Virus record (IMG/VR): IMGVR_UViG_3300033148_006706
Span: 75,905 to 139,904 of that record
DNA length: 64,000 nt
Strand: one strand, 5' to 3'
Source: a virus
The position numbers were made by a program, and so were the translations under genes. The notes beneath the pieces were generated by a model. The model had not been told where the DNA came from, made no database searches, and saw only the letters and a list, made by a program, of their open reading frames with translations. The number at the start of each line of letters is the position of its first letter. Position 1 is the stretch's first letter. Positions 36,631-47,775 of the stretch are shown in pieces.

Positions 36631-39318
36631 CTATATCAGCTCATCCCCAAATCCCCATACCTGATTTTTATCATAATAATCAGCTATATTTATTTCAAGT
36701 TCAAGTGGAATTCCTTTATTCTCCGGTCTATCTTTCTCAAATTCTTCTTTTGCTACTTTAAACAACTCATTTACCTCTTCTCTATGTGTATATCCTACAA
36801 TAGCGTCATGTACATTTCCACATAATCTGCTTTTCAAATTATTTTCTTTAATATATTTGTTTAATTTAATAGCCATTAATATCATAATTGCGTTTTCATA
36901 ACTTTGTACTGGAGAATTTAACGCTATATTTTTAAGATTTTTAATCACTCCTTTTCTATCATCCTTTCCTTGATATTTTAATTGTGGCAGTCTCCTGATT
37001 GCCCCAAACGGGCTTCTTACGTACCCATCAATTTCAGCCTGCCCTTTTATCTCATTTGTACCCACAATTTTATCTATCCAACTCTTCAATCCACTATATT
37101 TTTCAAAATATTTACCTCTTATATCACTAGCTACTGCCCAACATTTAGCAAAATAAGATTTATTAGAAATAGATTTAAACATATCAGATTTATCATCATT
37201 TAATAATGAAAGCATTTTATCAACCTTGTTTTGCAAATTAAAATCATTTATATATTTAATTACGTCCCTCTCACCCCATTCTTTCTCAATAACAGTTTTA
37301 GCAAAATTAAAAGCTGTTGCACCGAATTCTAATTGAAAATTGATTCCCTTGGCTTTAAATCTTATCTCTTTTATATTATCATCCCCAGCTTTTTTTAATT
37401 TAATAAACTCTTCAAGAGATAAATCCCTTCTTAGTACAAATTGAGCAGTCATACTATGCATATCGCCACCCAATTCTGTAAAAACCTTCTTCATTTCTTT
37501 ATCTTGACTATAAATAGCTCCAATACGTAACTGAAATCCCGATGCGTCTTTTTCATCTATAACATAATCCTCGCTCGGGGGAATAAATATCCTGCGATAC
37601 CATTTAGCTCTTTCTCCGTGTTTCGGAATATTTTGTCCATTCGGGTTTTGACTCCAATTCCTGTGAGAACTTGTAAGAAAGGGGCCAAATGTGGGGTGTA
37701 TTCTATCATCACGCTTCCTATATTGAAAGAATCCTGAATTATCTTCTCTTTTGCCCACAAAGGTATTCATAAGAGTCTTCAGGGCCCTGTACTCTTGAAT
37801 AAGCTTAGCCTCTTTATGTCCATCGTTAATCCATTGAATTAACTGATCATCTCCAGTTAAATATATATTATTTATTTTTAAATCTGCATTTAATTTTTTA
37901 ATTAAACCGGGCTTAGGCTTTTCTTTACTTCTGCCATAATCTTTCCATCCTAACATTTCCAATACAGCCCCCAATTCATTACCGCTATCCAGGTCAAAGT
38001 CAACTTTTAAAGATTTTATTATTTCATCTTTTTTTTCACTTATTAATTTCTCCAATTCTAATGAATATTTTTCAAGTAAATTCCAATCAACACACATCCC
38101 CTCTAATTCTATATCTAGAAAAACATTCACAGCTGGCATAACAATATCATAAAAATATTTTTTTAAACTCCATTGGCTCTCAGGAAATTTTTCTTGTACA
38201 GGAAAGGCTCTATCAATTCTTTCTATTTCCTTTACTTGTTGTTCATATATCTGATATGTAACAATAGCATCCATAATAGCATAGGGATATCTAACTTCTT
38301 CTGGAATCCTGCTATAATCATTTTTACATTCAGGATATTTCTTTTTATACAAGTCTAATTCTCTATCATATCCCCCGTGTATTGTATAGAGCCATGCATC
38401 ACTTTTAAGTGATGAGCGTTGCATTTCGTTTATAACATGACTGGCATTCCATGTATCATGATATATGTTGATATTTTCTCTAGGAACCCCTTTTAGAATG
38501 AAAAATTTTGTATCATATTTTCCATTTTGCATGATAAGCATTTTATTCTTAATAAATTCTGAAAAAAGATATATATCAACTTTCTTCCAATCTAATAAGT
38601 AACCGGTTATACCATCAAAGGAGATAGTTACTTCGAGTATTTCGCTATCAGGATGCCAGGGATCTAGTAATTTAGTTTCAATATCACAGGCCATCTTACA
38701 AGCTTTATCTTTATTAGCCTGCAGCCACACGTTAGGGTCCTCAATTACTTCTTTCTTTATTCTTTGTTTTTCTATTTTCGGAAATTCTATCATAAAAGCG
38801 TTTCTAATTTGATGTTTAGCAAAAATGTAAGACCAATTATCAAGGATTTTATTTTTTCTAGGGTTGATAAAATTATATAAATTGTCAATCGGGAAAATTA
38901 TAGAATCTAAATCAGGAGCATAAAAATAAGTTTTGTTAAATATAATATCATAAAAACCTTTGATATCTAAATCGTCGCTTTTAATAATAGAATATAACGC
39001 CCTGCCTACTGTAATAATTTTACTTTTTGGTTTTATATACTGCTTCAAGTCTATACATCTGTCGGCATAAAAATCAATTATTTTATTTGGTTCTTTATCT
39101 AAATTGAAATTGAAACAGTTCAAGACAAGTATATCTGCATCAACTATACTAGAAATAAATCTTAAGAAAATTTCTCTAGTTTTATAATTATAATTTTTAT
39201 CTAAAACAACTACAAAATCATAAGATTGATCTTTATTAGATTTAAATACTACTGAATCGATCATATTATAATATTTTTTAATATCGAGGTTTCTATTTAG
39301 AGGCTTACTAAAAATCAA
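36631..39318 (-). CDS. polA: Family A DNA polymerase with 3'-5' exonuclease and a UDG-like N-terminal domain
   Basis: Exo DIET, NGKYD, YAIMDA; PNGQNIP; motif A DASGFQLR, motif B RFKAKGINFQLEFG, motif C VHD. Confidence 0.9.
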   Translation of the reverse strand: MIFSKPLNRNLDIKKYYNMIDSVVFKSNKDQSYDFVVVLDKNYNYKTREIFLRFISSIVDADILVLNCFNFNLDKEPNKIIDFYADRCIDLKQYIKPKSKIITVGRALYSIIKSDDLDIKGFYDIIFNKTYFYAPDLDSIIFPIDNLYNFINPRKNKILDNWSYIFAKHQIRNAFMIEFPKIEKQRIKKEVIEDPNVWLQANKDKACKMACDIETKLLDPWHPDSEILEVTISFDGITGYLLDWKKVDIYLFSEFIKNKMLIMQNGKYDTKFFILKGVPRENINIYHDTWNASHVINEMQRSSLKSDAWLYTIHGGYDRELDLYKKKYPECKNDYSRIPEEVRYPYAIMDAIVTYQIYEQQVKEIERIDRAFPVQEKFPESQWSLKKYFYDIVMPAVNVFLDIELEGMCVDWNLLEKYSLELEKLISEKKDEIIKSLKVDFDLDSGNELGAVLEMLGWKDYGRSKEKPKPGLIKKLNADLKINNIYLTGDDQLIQWINDGHKEAKLIQEYRALKTLMNTFVGKREDNSGFFQYRKRDDRIHPTFGPFLTSSHRNWSQNPNGQNIPKHGERAKWYRRIFIPPSEDYVIDEKDASGFQLRIGAIYSQDKEMKKVFTELGGDMHSMTAQFVLRRDLSLEEFIKLKKAGDDNIKEIRFKAKGINFQLEFGATAFNFAKTVIEKEWGERDVIKYINDFNLQNKVDKMLSLLNDDKSDMFKSISNKSYFAKCWAVASDIRGKYFEKYSGLKSWIDKIVGTNEIKGQAEIDGYVRSPFGAIRRLPQLKYQGKDDRKGVIKNLKNIALNSPVQSYENAIMILMAIKLNKYIKENNLKSRLCGNVHDAIVGYTHREEVNELFKVAKEEFEKDRPENKGIPLELEINIADYYDKNQVWGFGDELI

Positions 39319-39384
39319 TTTGCTCCCCTTTTGCTTCGATATCTATTTCAAGATTAGTTGCTTTAATAAAGTTTAAACAATTAT

Positions 39385-40350
39385 TTATCTTTCATTATTA
39401 ACATAAGGTATTTGCTTGATCATTCCATTCCACAATTTAACAAGATATAATTCGGGAAATTTACCTCCTCCCGCTTGCTTATGTCCATGAATATTATGCA
39501 AGTTATTTACATCAAACCCTTCCCTAGCCCTCACTGACACTTTCCCGTTTACAGCCTTTTTATTACCCCCCTGAAATGTATTAATATTAATTATATATAC
39601 AATATCATCATATTTCTCAAGCAGCTTAGAGCAAACAATACTTACTCTAGAAGAACCATAATAAAGAATAAATTTATTTCCTCTATTATCAATTCTAATT
39701 TTCATATTCTGTTCAGCATTTAATAGCTCTTCCTGTTCTTTAGCGATGCCCTCCTGTATAATGTTATGTTCATAATCTGTCCAATACCAATCTCCTCCCT
39801 TCTCAAATTTAGAAAGCTGGAGATGAATAAAGGGCATAAACTTCTGCCAGGTTTTCTCTTTCGCTTCATAATCTGTACATTTCCAAAGTACTCTATTAAG
39901 ATTTTGAGCTTCTTCCCATAAAGGGGAGCCTTTATTCCAAGTATCATATATATTTATTAAATCAACAAAATGTTTCACAATCTCAGGAATTGTTTTTTTC
40001 TTATCTTTAATAAGCCATTCGTAAAAAAGTAAAGTTCCTGATTTTGATATATCCACATAAATATTATCGTCTGAGGGGAGTTCCAAGGACATCTCATGGT
40101 GGTCAAAAATAAAGTAATTTTTAAAATTACATTTAATATAATTAAAAAAAGAAACGCTAATTGAAAAATCAGTTATAAATATAATATTATCCTTTCCCTT
40201 ATAATCTTCAACTATATACTTCTCGTCATCATTTTTCTCTTCACCATATATAACAGGAATATACTGATCAATTGGCAGTTCAAAATATTTAGATAAAATT
40301 ATAGGAGCAATACCGTCCAAGTCTATATAATGTGTCAATAAGATATTCAT
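39385..40350 (-). CDS. DHH-family phosphoesterase
   Basis: THYIDLDG, TDFS, DHH, GHKQAGG; start set at MNILLTH. Confidence 0.85.
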   Translation of the reverse strand: MNILLTHYIDLDGIAPIILSKYFELPIDQYIPVIYGEEKNDDEKYIVEDYKGKDNIIFITDFSISVSFFNYIKCNFKNYFIFDHHEMSLELPSDDNIYVDISKSGTLLFYEWLIKDKKKTIPEIVKHFVDLINIYDTWNKGSPLWEEAQNLNRVLWKCTDYEAKEKTWQKFMPFIHLQLSKFEKGGDWYWTDYEHNIIQEGIAKEQEELLNAEQNMKIRIDNRGNKFILYYGSSRVSIVCSKLLEKYDDIVYIININTFQGGNKKAVNGKVSVRAREGFDVNNLHNIHGHKQAGGGKFPELYLVKLWNGMIKQIPYVNNER

Positions 40351-40408
40351 TTTAAACATAAACCCCCATTTAAGAAACATTAACTAAAAAAACAACTCAA
40401 TATTTCTT

Positions 40409-40996
40409 TCAATCATTGTTTAGTTCCAGTTCTTTTAATTTTAAAAATCCATGTTTCCATTCATTCCATATTTTATTATTACTCAGATCCTCCTTTAAAC
40501 TTCCTACATTTCTAATAATGTACGAGGGATGATATAAAGGAAAAATTGTATACCCAAAATCATCATCCTGTAATATCTTCTCTTTATACTTACCAATACC
40601 ATTTAGTCCAAAGGCTTTTAATGCGTTATCTCCAAAAGGCACAACAATAGTATATCCTTTCTCCTTTAAGAATTTAAGTTCATTATATAAACCTTTCTTA
40701 CAGTAACGAACCGCTTTTATCGAATCCGGATGAAAAAAATTATTATTGGGCGGCCTGCAAGAAATTCTATTTGTCACCCATTGTATATTTCTCTTAATGC
40801 CTACTTCAGCTAACATTTTATTAAGAGCTTGCCCAGCCCGCCCTACAAAAGGGCGTTTTAATCTATCTTCATCTTTTCCAGGAGCTTCTCCCATAAATAT
40901 GATCCTACCTCCATACGCCCCCTCGCCCCACACCTTATTTTGTCTTTTAAATGGACAGAAATTACATTCGCTTTCTTTCCTTATAAATTTAAACAT
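40409..40996 (-). CDS. Uracil-DNA glycosylase family 4
   Basis: CNFCP, GEAPG..E, PFVGRAG, CRPPNN, HPSY. Confidence 0.9.
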   Translation of the reverse strand: MFKFIRKESECNFCPFKRQNKVWGEGAYGGRIIFMGEAPGKDEDRLKRPFVGRAGQALNKMLAEVGIKRNIQWVTNRISCRPPNNNFFHPDSIKAVRYCKKGLYNELKFLKEKGYTIVVPFGDNALKAFGLNGIGKYKEKILQDDDFGYTIFPLYHPSYIIRNVGSLKEDLSNNKIWNEWKHGFLKLKELELNND

Positions 40997-41033
40997 CTTA
41001 TTTATGTTCTCCTCAATAATAGATAATTAAAAT

Positions 41034-42866
41034 TCACACATCGCCTTTAAAAATATTTTTCCACTCGTCCTTACTTAAAGTTTCTTTTTGAAATAATTTC
41101 TCATCGAGATCAGTTTTTTGAATCAAAGCTTTTTCAATATACTCATCTAAACTTTCTTCAAAAATTATAGGATTAATAATAACCCGTTTACTTTGTCCAA
41201 TACGGTGAAATCTTTTTATACTCTGACTCCAATTTGTATAGCTAAAATCACGACTGAAATAAATTACCCGAGAGCATTCAGTTAAATTTATTGCTGTACT
41301 CATTACTCGAAAACTGCCAACGAGCAGATTACTATCCTTATCTTGCTTGAATCTTTCTATCTTAGCATCTCGTTCTTCTTGAGTTTTTTCAGTATTGCCG
41401 TGTATAGTAATTGGATTATATTTGCTATACCGTTCTGAAAGTAAATCAATTGTTCTCGGATGAAAATCAAAAATAACCAGTTTTTCCTTTTCTTCATTTA
41501 AATAATTATTTACAAGAGAATCAAGAATATCAATCTTTCCATGATGCTTTTCAAATTTAAACTTTTTTACAAGGTCTGCTAATGTGCGTGAATAAACAGG
41601 GTCAATCTTCCCTTTTAACAACTCAGCATTTTCATAAGCGAGCGAAATATATGCAAATTTATTTCTTAACTTTTTTGGTACTAATCTTCCATCGTTCTCT
41701 TTCTTGATAATTGTAATAACATAATTAACAAGAGCCTCGTAGATTTGTTTCTGCAAATCACTTAATTCTGCATATACATTTTTAATATATAATTTAGGCA
41801 ATTCAAGAACTTCATCTGATTTATATCGTACTACTAACTTTTTAAACTGCTTTTCCCACCATTCTTGTTTATCTTTATAAACATAATTTACGGCATAATC
41901 ACTAAATCTATTACCTATATTAGCAATATCATCAATCCACTGGTAGTATGATTTGCCTATTATATTATTATCAAGAAAAGTTATCTGATTGTATATTTCA
42001 TCAAATCTATTTGGAGTAGGAGTTCCAGTAAGCACATATCGAAAATCAAAATACTGTTTATGCAAAAGAATTACTTTAGCCTGTCGAGATTGAATAGACT
42101 TAATATTATGAGACTCATCAAGTATAATAGCTCGTTTATTACCAAATAAATCCCAAGGGATGACAGGTTTTCTATATTTTTTATTTAACCTACCATTATT
42201 TAACTTTCTAAACCAATCATCACTAAGCGTTAAGTAATGCCGATATGTCATGATAATTACCTTAACATTAGACAGGTCTTGTTCAAATGGATTTCTATTA
42301 CTATTCGCTTGTGATATTAATATATTATCTTTCGTAAGAAAATTAGAGAAATGAAGTAATTCTCTTCTCCAGTTATAAACGCCTTCTGAAGGCGATACGA
42401 TTACGATTTTATCAATTTCGTTTTCAGCATACAATTGATTCAGTAAAGAAGTAACAATATACGTCTTTCCAGTACCCATTTGAAGAAACAATGCAAGTCT
42501 ATTCTGTTTAATACCTTTTCGTATTGCGTCAAGTTGAAAATTCTCATAGGGCGGTTTCCCCTTAATAGGCGGCACGATAAGATACTTCTCATCAAATATT
42601 TTCCTTCTAAATTCTGTTTCCGGTTGTGTTTCTTTAAGAGATTGCTGCATCATTTCTTCTTCATTTCTAACAATAATCGTATCAATCTCTTCAAGTTTGT
42701 ATTTAATCTTTATAAAAGAAGAAGCCTTACCATACCATGCTTTATACTCAGGGTCATACCGAAATTCTTTAGTACTTTTTATAATATCTTTTATACTATT
42801 GAAATAATCACCATTGAATTTTATACCAACCAACTTAGCTGGCTCATTATACTCTACCTTAATCAT
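41034..42866 (-). CDS. SNF2-family helicase
   Basis: MGTGKT, DESH, LTGTP, QSIKRFHRIGQ. Confidence 0.9.
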   Translation of the reverse strand: MIKVEYNEPAKLVGIKFNGDYFNSIKDIIKSTKEFRYDPEYKAWYGKASSFIKIKYKLEEIDTIIVRNEEEMMQQSLKETQPETEFRRKIFDEKYLIVPPIKGKPPYENFQLDAIRKGIKQNRLALFLQMGTGKTYIVTSLLNQLYAENEIDKIVIVSPSEGVYNWRRELLHFSNFLTKDNILISQANSNRNPFEQDLSNVKVIIMTYRHYLTLSDDWFRKLNNGRLNKKYRKPVIPWDLFGNKRAIILDESHNIKSIQSRQAKVILLHKQYFDFRYVLTGTPTPNRFDEIYNQITFLDNNIIGKSYYQWIDDIANIGNRFSDYAVNYVYKDKQEWWEKQFKKLVVRYKSDEVLELPKLYIKNVYAELSDLQKQIYEALVNYVITIIKKENDGRLVPKKLRNKFAYISLAYENAELLKGKIDPVYSRTLADLVKKFKFEKHHGKIDILDSLVNNYLNEEKEKLVIFDFHPRTIDLLSERYSKYNPITIHGNTEKTQEERDAKIERFKQDKDSNLLVGSFRVMSTAINLTECSRVIYFSRDFSYTNWSQSIKRFHRIGQSKRVIINPIIFEESLDEYIEKALIQKTDLDEKLFQKETLSKDEWKNIFKGDV

Positions 42867-42870
42867 TTTT

Positions 42871-43836
42871 TTATCTCCTTCTCATTTTGGGCGGATTAAA
42901 TAGAATTTTTGCAGGATCCTTTTCTTTTTCTGCATCCTCTCTACATATATAAATATACATTTTTTTATCTATTTCTTTAATGTCAAATCCCAGAATTTTA
43001 TAAATTATTTCAAGCGCTTTCGGATTAAATTTGCCTGGTATAATGTATTGATCAATTTCTTCTTCCTTTATTGGAAAGAAAGATATAAGCTGGTGATTAA
43101 GATTAAGTCTGTTTTTATTTTTTCTAAACTCATTTTTAACTTTATCGCTTATGTAATCTATAATATCCAAATTCTCTAGTATTTCATACACATCTTTATA
43201 TTCACTACATAACCTCTCAACTATTTTAGTCTGTATTCTCGGCACACCAACAGGAATTTCATCACTTGCGTCACCTTTTATCACTTTGTATAAAGTTACA
43301 GAATCTACAGTGGGTTTAAAGTTATATTTATTAATAAAAGCACATAAATCAATAATTTGCTTATTTCTATATAGGTGTGTATTTTCACTAATACAGCGAG
43401 CCCAATCTAGATCTTCAGATATAAGCAAGTTTTTACTTTCTTTTGAAATATTTTTTAATATATAAGGAACAATATCATCGGCCTCATATCCTGTACCATA
43501 AACTATTACATATTGTTCGCTTTTATTAAGAAGAATAAGTCGTAAATAGTCCATTCCCTTGTAGAAATGTTTAGGCCTTCTAAATCGAATCATTTTATAA
43601 CCGGGATCAATCATTTCTTGTCGTAAATTATACTTAGAATCATGGTTATCAAATAAAAACCAAAATTTTGTATTCTTTTTAGCGAAATTCCTCTCCCATT
43701 TCAATACGGAATTTAAAAATCCCCATATCCCCCCTGTTATTATAGTGCGCCCCTTTACTCGATGGGTCATATTTTTAAATATAGAATAATTTCGAGTATA
43801 CCAAAGATTTGAATCTACTAAAATATTATCATACAT
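42871..43836 (-). CDS. 5'-3' exonuclease / flap endonuclease
   Basis: LVDSN, FD, YK..R, GYEADD, SEDLD, GDASD.IP.G. Confidence 0.85.
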   Translation of the reverse strand: MYDNILVDSNLWYTRNYSIFKNMTHRVKGRTIITGGIWGFLNSVLKWERNFAKKNTKFWFLFDNHDSKYNLRQEMIDPGYKMIRFRRPKHFYKGMDYLRLILLNKSEQYVIVYGTGYEADDIVPYILKNISKESKNLLISEDLDWARCISENTHLYRNKQIIDLCAFINKYNFKPTVDSVTLYKVIKGDASDEIPVGVPRIQTKIVERLCSEYKDVYEILENLDIIDYISDKVKNEFRKNKNRLNLNHQLISFFPIKEEEIDQYIIPGKFNPKALEIIYKILGFDIKEIDKKMYIYICREDAEKEKDPAKILFNPPKMRRR

Positions 43837-43842
43837 ATAGTA

Positions 43843-44238
43843 TCATTCAGTTAATGTATCCTGTAAATATAATCGAAATATTTCTTTTAACATATTCTTA
43901 TTTGAACTTATTTGTTGTAAGAAATTATCTAAATTTTTATTATCATTTACAATACTTTCAATATCTGTTTCCTTAAAAGCATCATATCTTCTTATTAATT
44001 GTTCAAATTTTTCTTCATTTTCTATTTTCTCATTATTCAAGTTAAACGGAATATATTTATTAATTGCCTCAACAGAGAATATATTTAATTTAATAAGAAA
44101 AAGTTTAATAAAAACTATCAACTCTTCGGGACTAACATCCCCCATTAAATCCAAGGTACTTGTATAATTATCATCTACATTATTACTATAGTCTTTATAA
44201 ATGTATTGTATCTTAAGTTCATGTATAATTGCCGACAT
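43843..44238 (-). CDS. Hypothetical protein
   Basis: AGGAG RBS. Confidence 0.55.
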   Translation of the reverse strand: MSAIIHELKIQYIYKDYSNNVDDNYTSTLDLMGDVSPEELIVFIKLFLIKLNIFSVEAINKYIPFNLNNEKIENEEKFEQLIRRYDAFKETDIESIVNDNKNLDNFLQQISSNKNMLKEIFRLYLQDTLTE

Positions 44239-44275
44239 AATTTATTAATCTGCTCCTTTTAATACTAATTAATAG

Positions 44276-45652
44276 TTACTCCGTCACCTTACTGTAATCC
44301 GGTTGATAGTAAAAGGTAGAAATCTTCCCCCTTTTTTTATGCCATAAGTGCGCTTGCGCTTCTTTAAGATGACTGTGACCTTCAGCATAAGCCCATGCAC
44401 TTATAGGAGCAATAGATGGGAGTACAAGTACTCTTACTCCCATTTTTTCCATTACCGAGTATGCATGAAGGTGCCCAGTATGAATCTCTCTAAACTCAGT
44501 TTTACCCCAAAGTTCAGGCACTTCTCTTGCCATAATAAGCGGAATACTATCTATTTTTTTCTTTCTCCCGCCACTTTTCGTACCATGATCAAATCCGATA
44601 AGACATTTGCCCCATCTATAGTATTTCCGAAGCTTAGGTTCATTATCAATTTCTACTTGATTTGTTGTACGATAATGATGCTTTAATGTCTCACCTAGAT
44701 AATAGGCCCTTTGTACATCATGATTTCCGGGAATAATAGGAACAATAACGTTGGCAATTGTTAAAAGCATATCGATTCCTCGTATTGCCATTTCCACTCC
44801 ATAAGTGAAGCTCTTTTGATATCTACAGTCTTCATGCTGTACGGTACCGGAAAACGTTGTGTTTTGAGCATTATCAACATTAAAATAATCGTTGCCTATT
44901 GGAAACAAAATTCTCGAAATATCGTATTCCTTACAAACTTTAATAATATTATCTACACATTCTATAAATTTTTCTCTCGTAACTTTAATATCATAATTTG
45001 CATCGCCCGTTTCTTCTCCCCATGCAAGTAGTCCTAGATGTGTATCAGGAATAGAAACTTCTAACATAAGATCGTTATTCTTTATGTTTCTCTTAATTTC
45101 GGGATATTCAAATTTATAATCTTTAAGAAACTTCTTAATTTTCTTAGCTGCTGTTTCTATAGACTCCTCTTTTCTTCTTTCAAAAACAGCTTTTATTTTA
45201 CATTGATAATTTCTATTTACTACCCATTGATTCTTTTTAGTAGATGTGCCGTTTATAACGCCATCGTTCCATGACAAGTCTTGCTCTTTATATTTTGCTG
45301 ATACGTCCCAGTAGTTCGTAGTAATTGTATAATTTCTTACTTTCCATACCGCCATATCGATTTCAGCATAAGTAATCAAATCTTCTAAAGTTTTAATATC
45401 CGGAGATACCGATACAATCGTCTGTTTTTTGTCGCTTACTGTTCTTGTAATAGTTGTTTTATTTGAATTGTTAAAATCTTTCTTAAACTCTACACGTAAT
45501 ATTCTTGTTATGTTATCATTAAAAGTTTCATAAGTAAAATTACTTAAAACCTCCCTTTTACACTGATCTATATTATTTCTTACCCAATCTTCTCCTTTTT
45601 CTTTTAAATAAAAACGAATCCACTCTGTAGAGTATTTAAATCTTTTATCCAA
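44276..45652 (-). CDS. Calcineurin-like metallophosphoesterase
   Basis: DTHLG, GND, PGNHD, HG, GHLH. Confidence 0.85.
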   Translation of the reverse strand: MDKRFKYSTEWIRFYLKEKGEDWVRNNIDQCKREVLSNFTYETFNDNITRILRVEFKKDFNNSNKTTITRTVSDKKQTIVSVSPDIKTLEDLITYAEIDMAVWKVRNYTITTNYWDVSAKYKEQDLSWNDGVINGTSTKKNQWVVNRNYQCKIKAVFERRKEESIETAAKKIKKFLKDYKFEYPEIKRNIKNNDLMLEVSIPDTHLGLLAWGEETGDANYDIKVTREKFIECVDNIIKVCKEYDISRILFPIGNDYFNVDNAQNTTFSGTVQHEDCRYQKSFTYGVEMAIRGIDMLLTIANVIVPIIPGNHDVQRAYYLGETLKHHYRTTNQVEIDNEPKLRKYYRWGKCLIGFDHGTKSGGRKKKIDSIPLIMAREVPELWGKTEFREIHTGHLHAYSVMEKMGVRVLVLPSIAPISAWAYAEGHSHLKEAQAHLWHKKRGKISTFYYQPDYSKVTE

Positions 45653-45953
45653 CCCCTTTTTTTCTCCTTCTTTTTTTAATCTGTTTGTGATGAAAATCTA
45701 ATTTATGCCCCCTCCTTCTTGATTTCTTAGCCTCTAATCTTCTCTCTTCTCTATTTTTAATTCCGGGCAGGGTAAGAAACTTTTTTATAATTGTTCGATT
45801 ATTAACAACATATCTTTTTTGATAAGCGTAATCTTCAAACTTTCTGACAACAGAGTATTTTCCTTTTGGAAAAAAATCATTAAGATTTTTTCCTTCTGGA
45901 ATTTTTTTTACATCTTCTTCAGTATAAAAAAGAACATGACCTATTATTCTCAT
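45645..45953 (-). CDS. Basic hypothetical protein
   Basis: Overlaps the next gene; K/R-rich tail. Confidence 0.5.
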   Translation of the reverse strand: MRIIGHVLFYTEEDVKKIPEGKNLNDFFPKGKYSVVRKFEDYAYQKRYVVNNRTIIKKFLTLPGIKNREERRLEAKKSRRRGHKLDFHHKQIKKRRRKKGVG

Positions 45954-45969
45954 AATTATTTATGCTCTC

Positions 45970-46590
45970 CTACACTTTTTTTGTAATAACGTTATTATAT
46001 TTATCTACTTCATATCCTTCAGATACGAGCTTCGACTTATTATCAAAATATTTCCATCTGTTACGAGGATCAGTTATATCGTTTAAAATTTTTTTAAGAA
46101 AATATGTACAAGGAATTTTTAATTTAAATCTTTTTATTTCATTTGTTACAAGATTTCTTATTATAAGTTCATCTACTTTCATAATTACTTTTTCTATTCG
46201 CCATTTTACTTCCTTTTCTTGAATAATCCCCCCACTTGGTGTAATATCCTTAAGGGATATATCCCCCCTTGAAACCATACAGTTAAGCTCCTCAGTTGTA
46301 AATTTCTGCTCATATTTAACAACTTGAATCATAATTGGATAATGCTCATTTATAAGTTTTTGACGTATATCATAAATATTCGATTTCACATCTTTTGTAA
46401 AATCAAAATTAAAATCAAATAATTTTTTCTTTTTGTAATCTTTTCCTACATAATGATAAAGAGTAACTCCTTTATCCGTTATGATAGGATTATGTAAAAA
46501 AAGGGGGGATTTAGAACAAAAATTTTTAAATCTTTTTTCAAATTCATCTAGAAAAATTCTCACATCAATTTTTTCATCATTTACTATCAT
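45970..46590 (-). CDS. Hypothetical protein
   Basis: 206-aa ORF with GAGGT RBS. Confidence 0.6.
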   Translation of the reverse strand: MIVNDEKIDVRIFLDEFEKRFKNFCSKSPLFLHNPIITDKGVTLYHYVGKDYKKKKLFDFNFDFTKDVKSNIYDIRQKLINEHYPIMIQVVKYEQKFTTEELNCMVSRGDISLKDITPSGGIIQEKEVKWRIEKVIMKVDELIIRNLVTNEIKRFKLKIPCTYFLKKILNDITDPRNRWKYFDNKSKLVSEGYEVDKYNNVITKKV

Positions 46591-46616
46591 TTGAGTATTA
46601 CCTCGTTTCCTATATC

Positions 46617-47696
46617 TTAGTAATCTTTGAACTTGGATAGAGCAACATGAATCTCTTTATTAGTCAAGCCTATAATATTATAGGCGTTCTTATCTTTATC
46701 AGTAAGATCAATCTGAATTAGAATATCAGAGTCATCAATAACATTGATAGCTTCATAAAAGCTCCTTCTAGCGATCCAAAATCCATACCCAATTTGATCT
46801 TCATCAATTTTTTCAACGTTTACAACATGTTTAATTCTGGTATAAGCGTCGTCATCTGACTTTATTAATATGTGTTTTTCATCTATTGCCTCTATGTAAA
46901 CTCTCTCATTTACCTCATTATAAACGAATTGCCCTACAAATTCGAGGTTTTCTAAAAAAGAGTCTTTTTTAATATGAATAAATTTATCATGTGTGTATAA
47001 ATTTATAATATCATCTGAATCTAAATTTTCAGGTATCTTTAATTCTAAATATTCAACAAATTGAATTTTTATTTCTTTATTTTCATCGCAAATAAAAAGT
47101 TGTTTTTTATCTTTATTAAAATAAATTTGTAATTCTCTGAACGGCAATGCTTTTATAACAGAAACAACCGACCTGTTAAAATCTGCATGATAATCTATTT
47201 CTTGATCACTATTTAAGACGGCTTCATAAAGACACGTCCCATCCGTACTTACAATCTTATTCTTATAAAAACGAACCCCCCCATAATTTCTAGCCGACTC
47301 ATCACCGGCAAATTCCAAGCCTTTTATCATTTTTTGAATGCCCTCAGAACTTAGGCTAAATTTCTTCGCATTATCAAAATCAAAATTTATATAATAAAAA
47401 AAATCAGAACCAGAGAACGAGTATAAATTATATTCATTATTTCCCACGCAAAAAGCTTTATTTTCTTTTACTTTTAACTCCTCAAAAATAGCACAAAGAG
47501 CAAGTAATTCCTTACCTGCTACATAGAAGTTATCCACTTTGTCTGGATCAACAGTATGCTGAAATTGAACTTCAGCAATAAAATTATCGCTAGTTATTCT
47601 AAAAACAGATTCTTTAAAATCGAGATAAACCTGATTTTCATTGGCCATTCTAACTAAGTTAGAAAATTTAGAAAATTTCTCTGTAATAATCTTCAA
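46617..47696 (-). CDS. DNA polymerase III beta sliding clamp-like protein
   Basis: 359 aa; GVRF...IVSTDG; three-domain periodicity; DnaX present in the same window. Confidence 0.65.
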   Translation of the reverse strand: MKIITEKFSKFSNLVRMANENQVYLDFKESVFRITSDNFIAEVQFQHTVDPDKVDNFYVAGKELLALCAIFEELKVKENKAFCVGNNEYNLYSFSGSDFFYYINFDFDNAKKFSLSSEGIQKMIKGLEFAGDESARNYGGVRFYKNKIVSTDGTCLYEAVLNSDQEIDYHADFNRSVVSVIKALPFRELQIYFNKDKKQLFICDENKEIKIQFVEYLELKIPENLDSDDIINLYTHDKFIHIKKDSFLENLEFVGQFVYNEVNERVYIEAIDEKHILIKSDDDAYTRIKHVVNVEKIDEDQIGYGFWIARRSFYEAINVIDDSDILIQIDLTDKDKNAYNIIGLTNKEIHVALSKFKDY

Positions 47697-47775
47697 TTTG
47701 CTTCTCCTTAATGCTTAATTTTTTACATGATATAATATATATTAATTTTAAGAAAATTTTAACTAACATTACACT

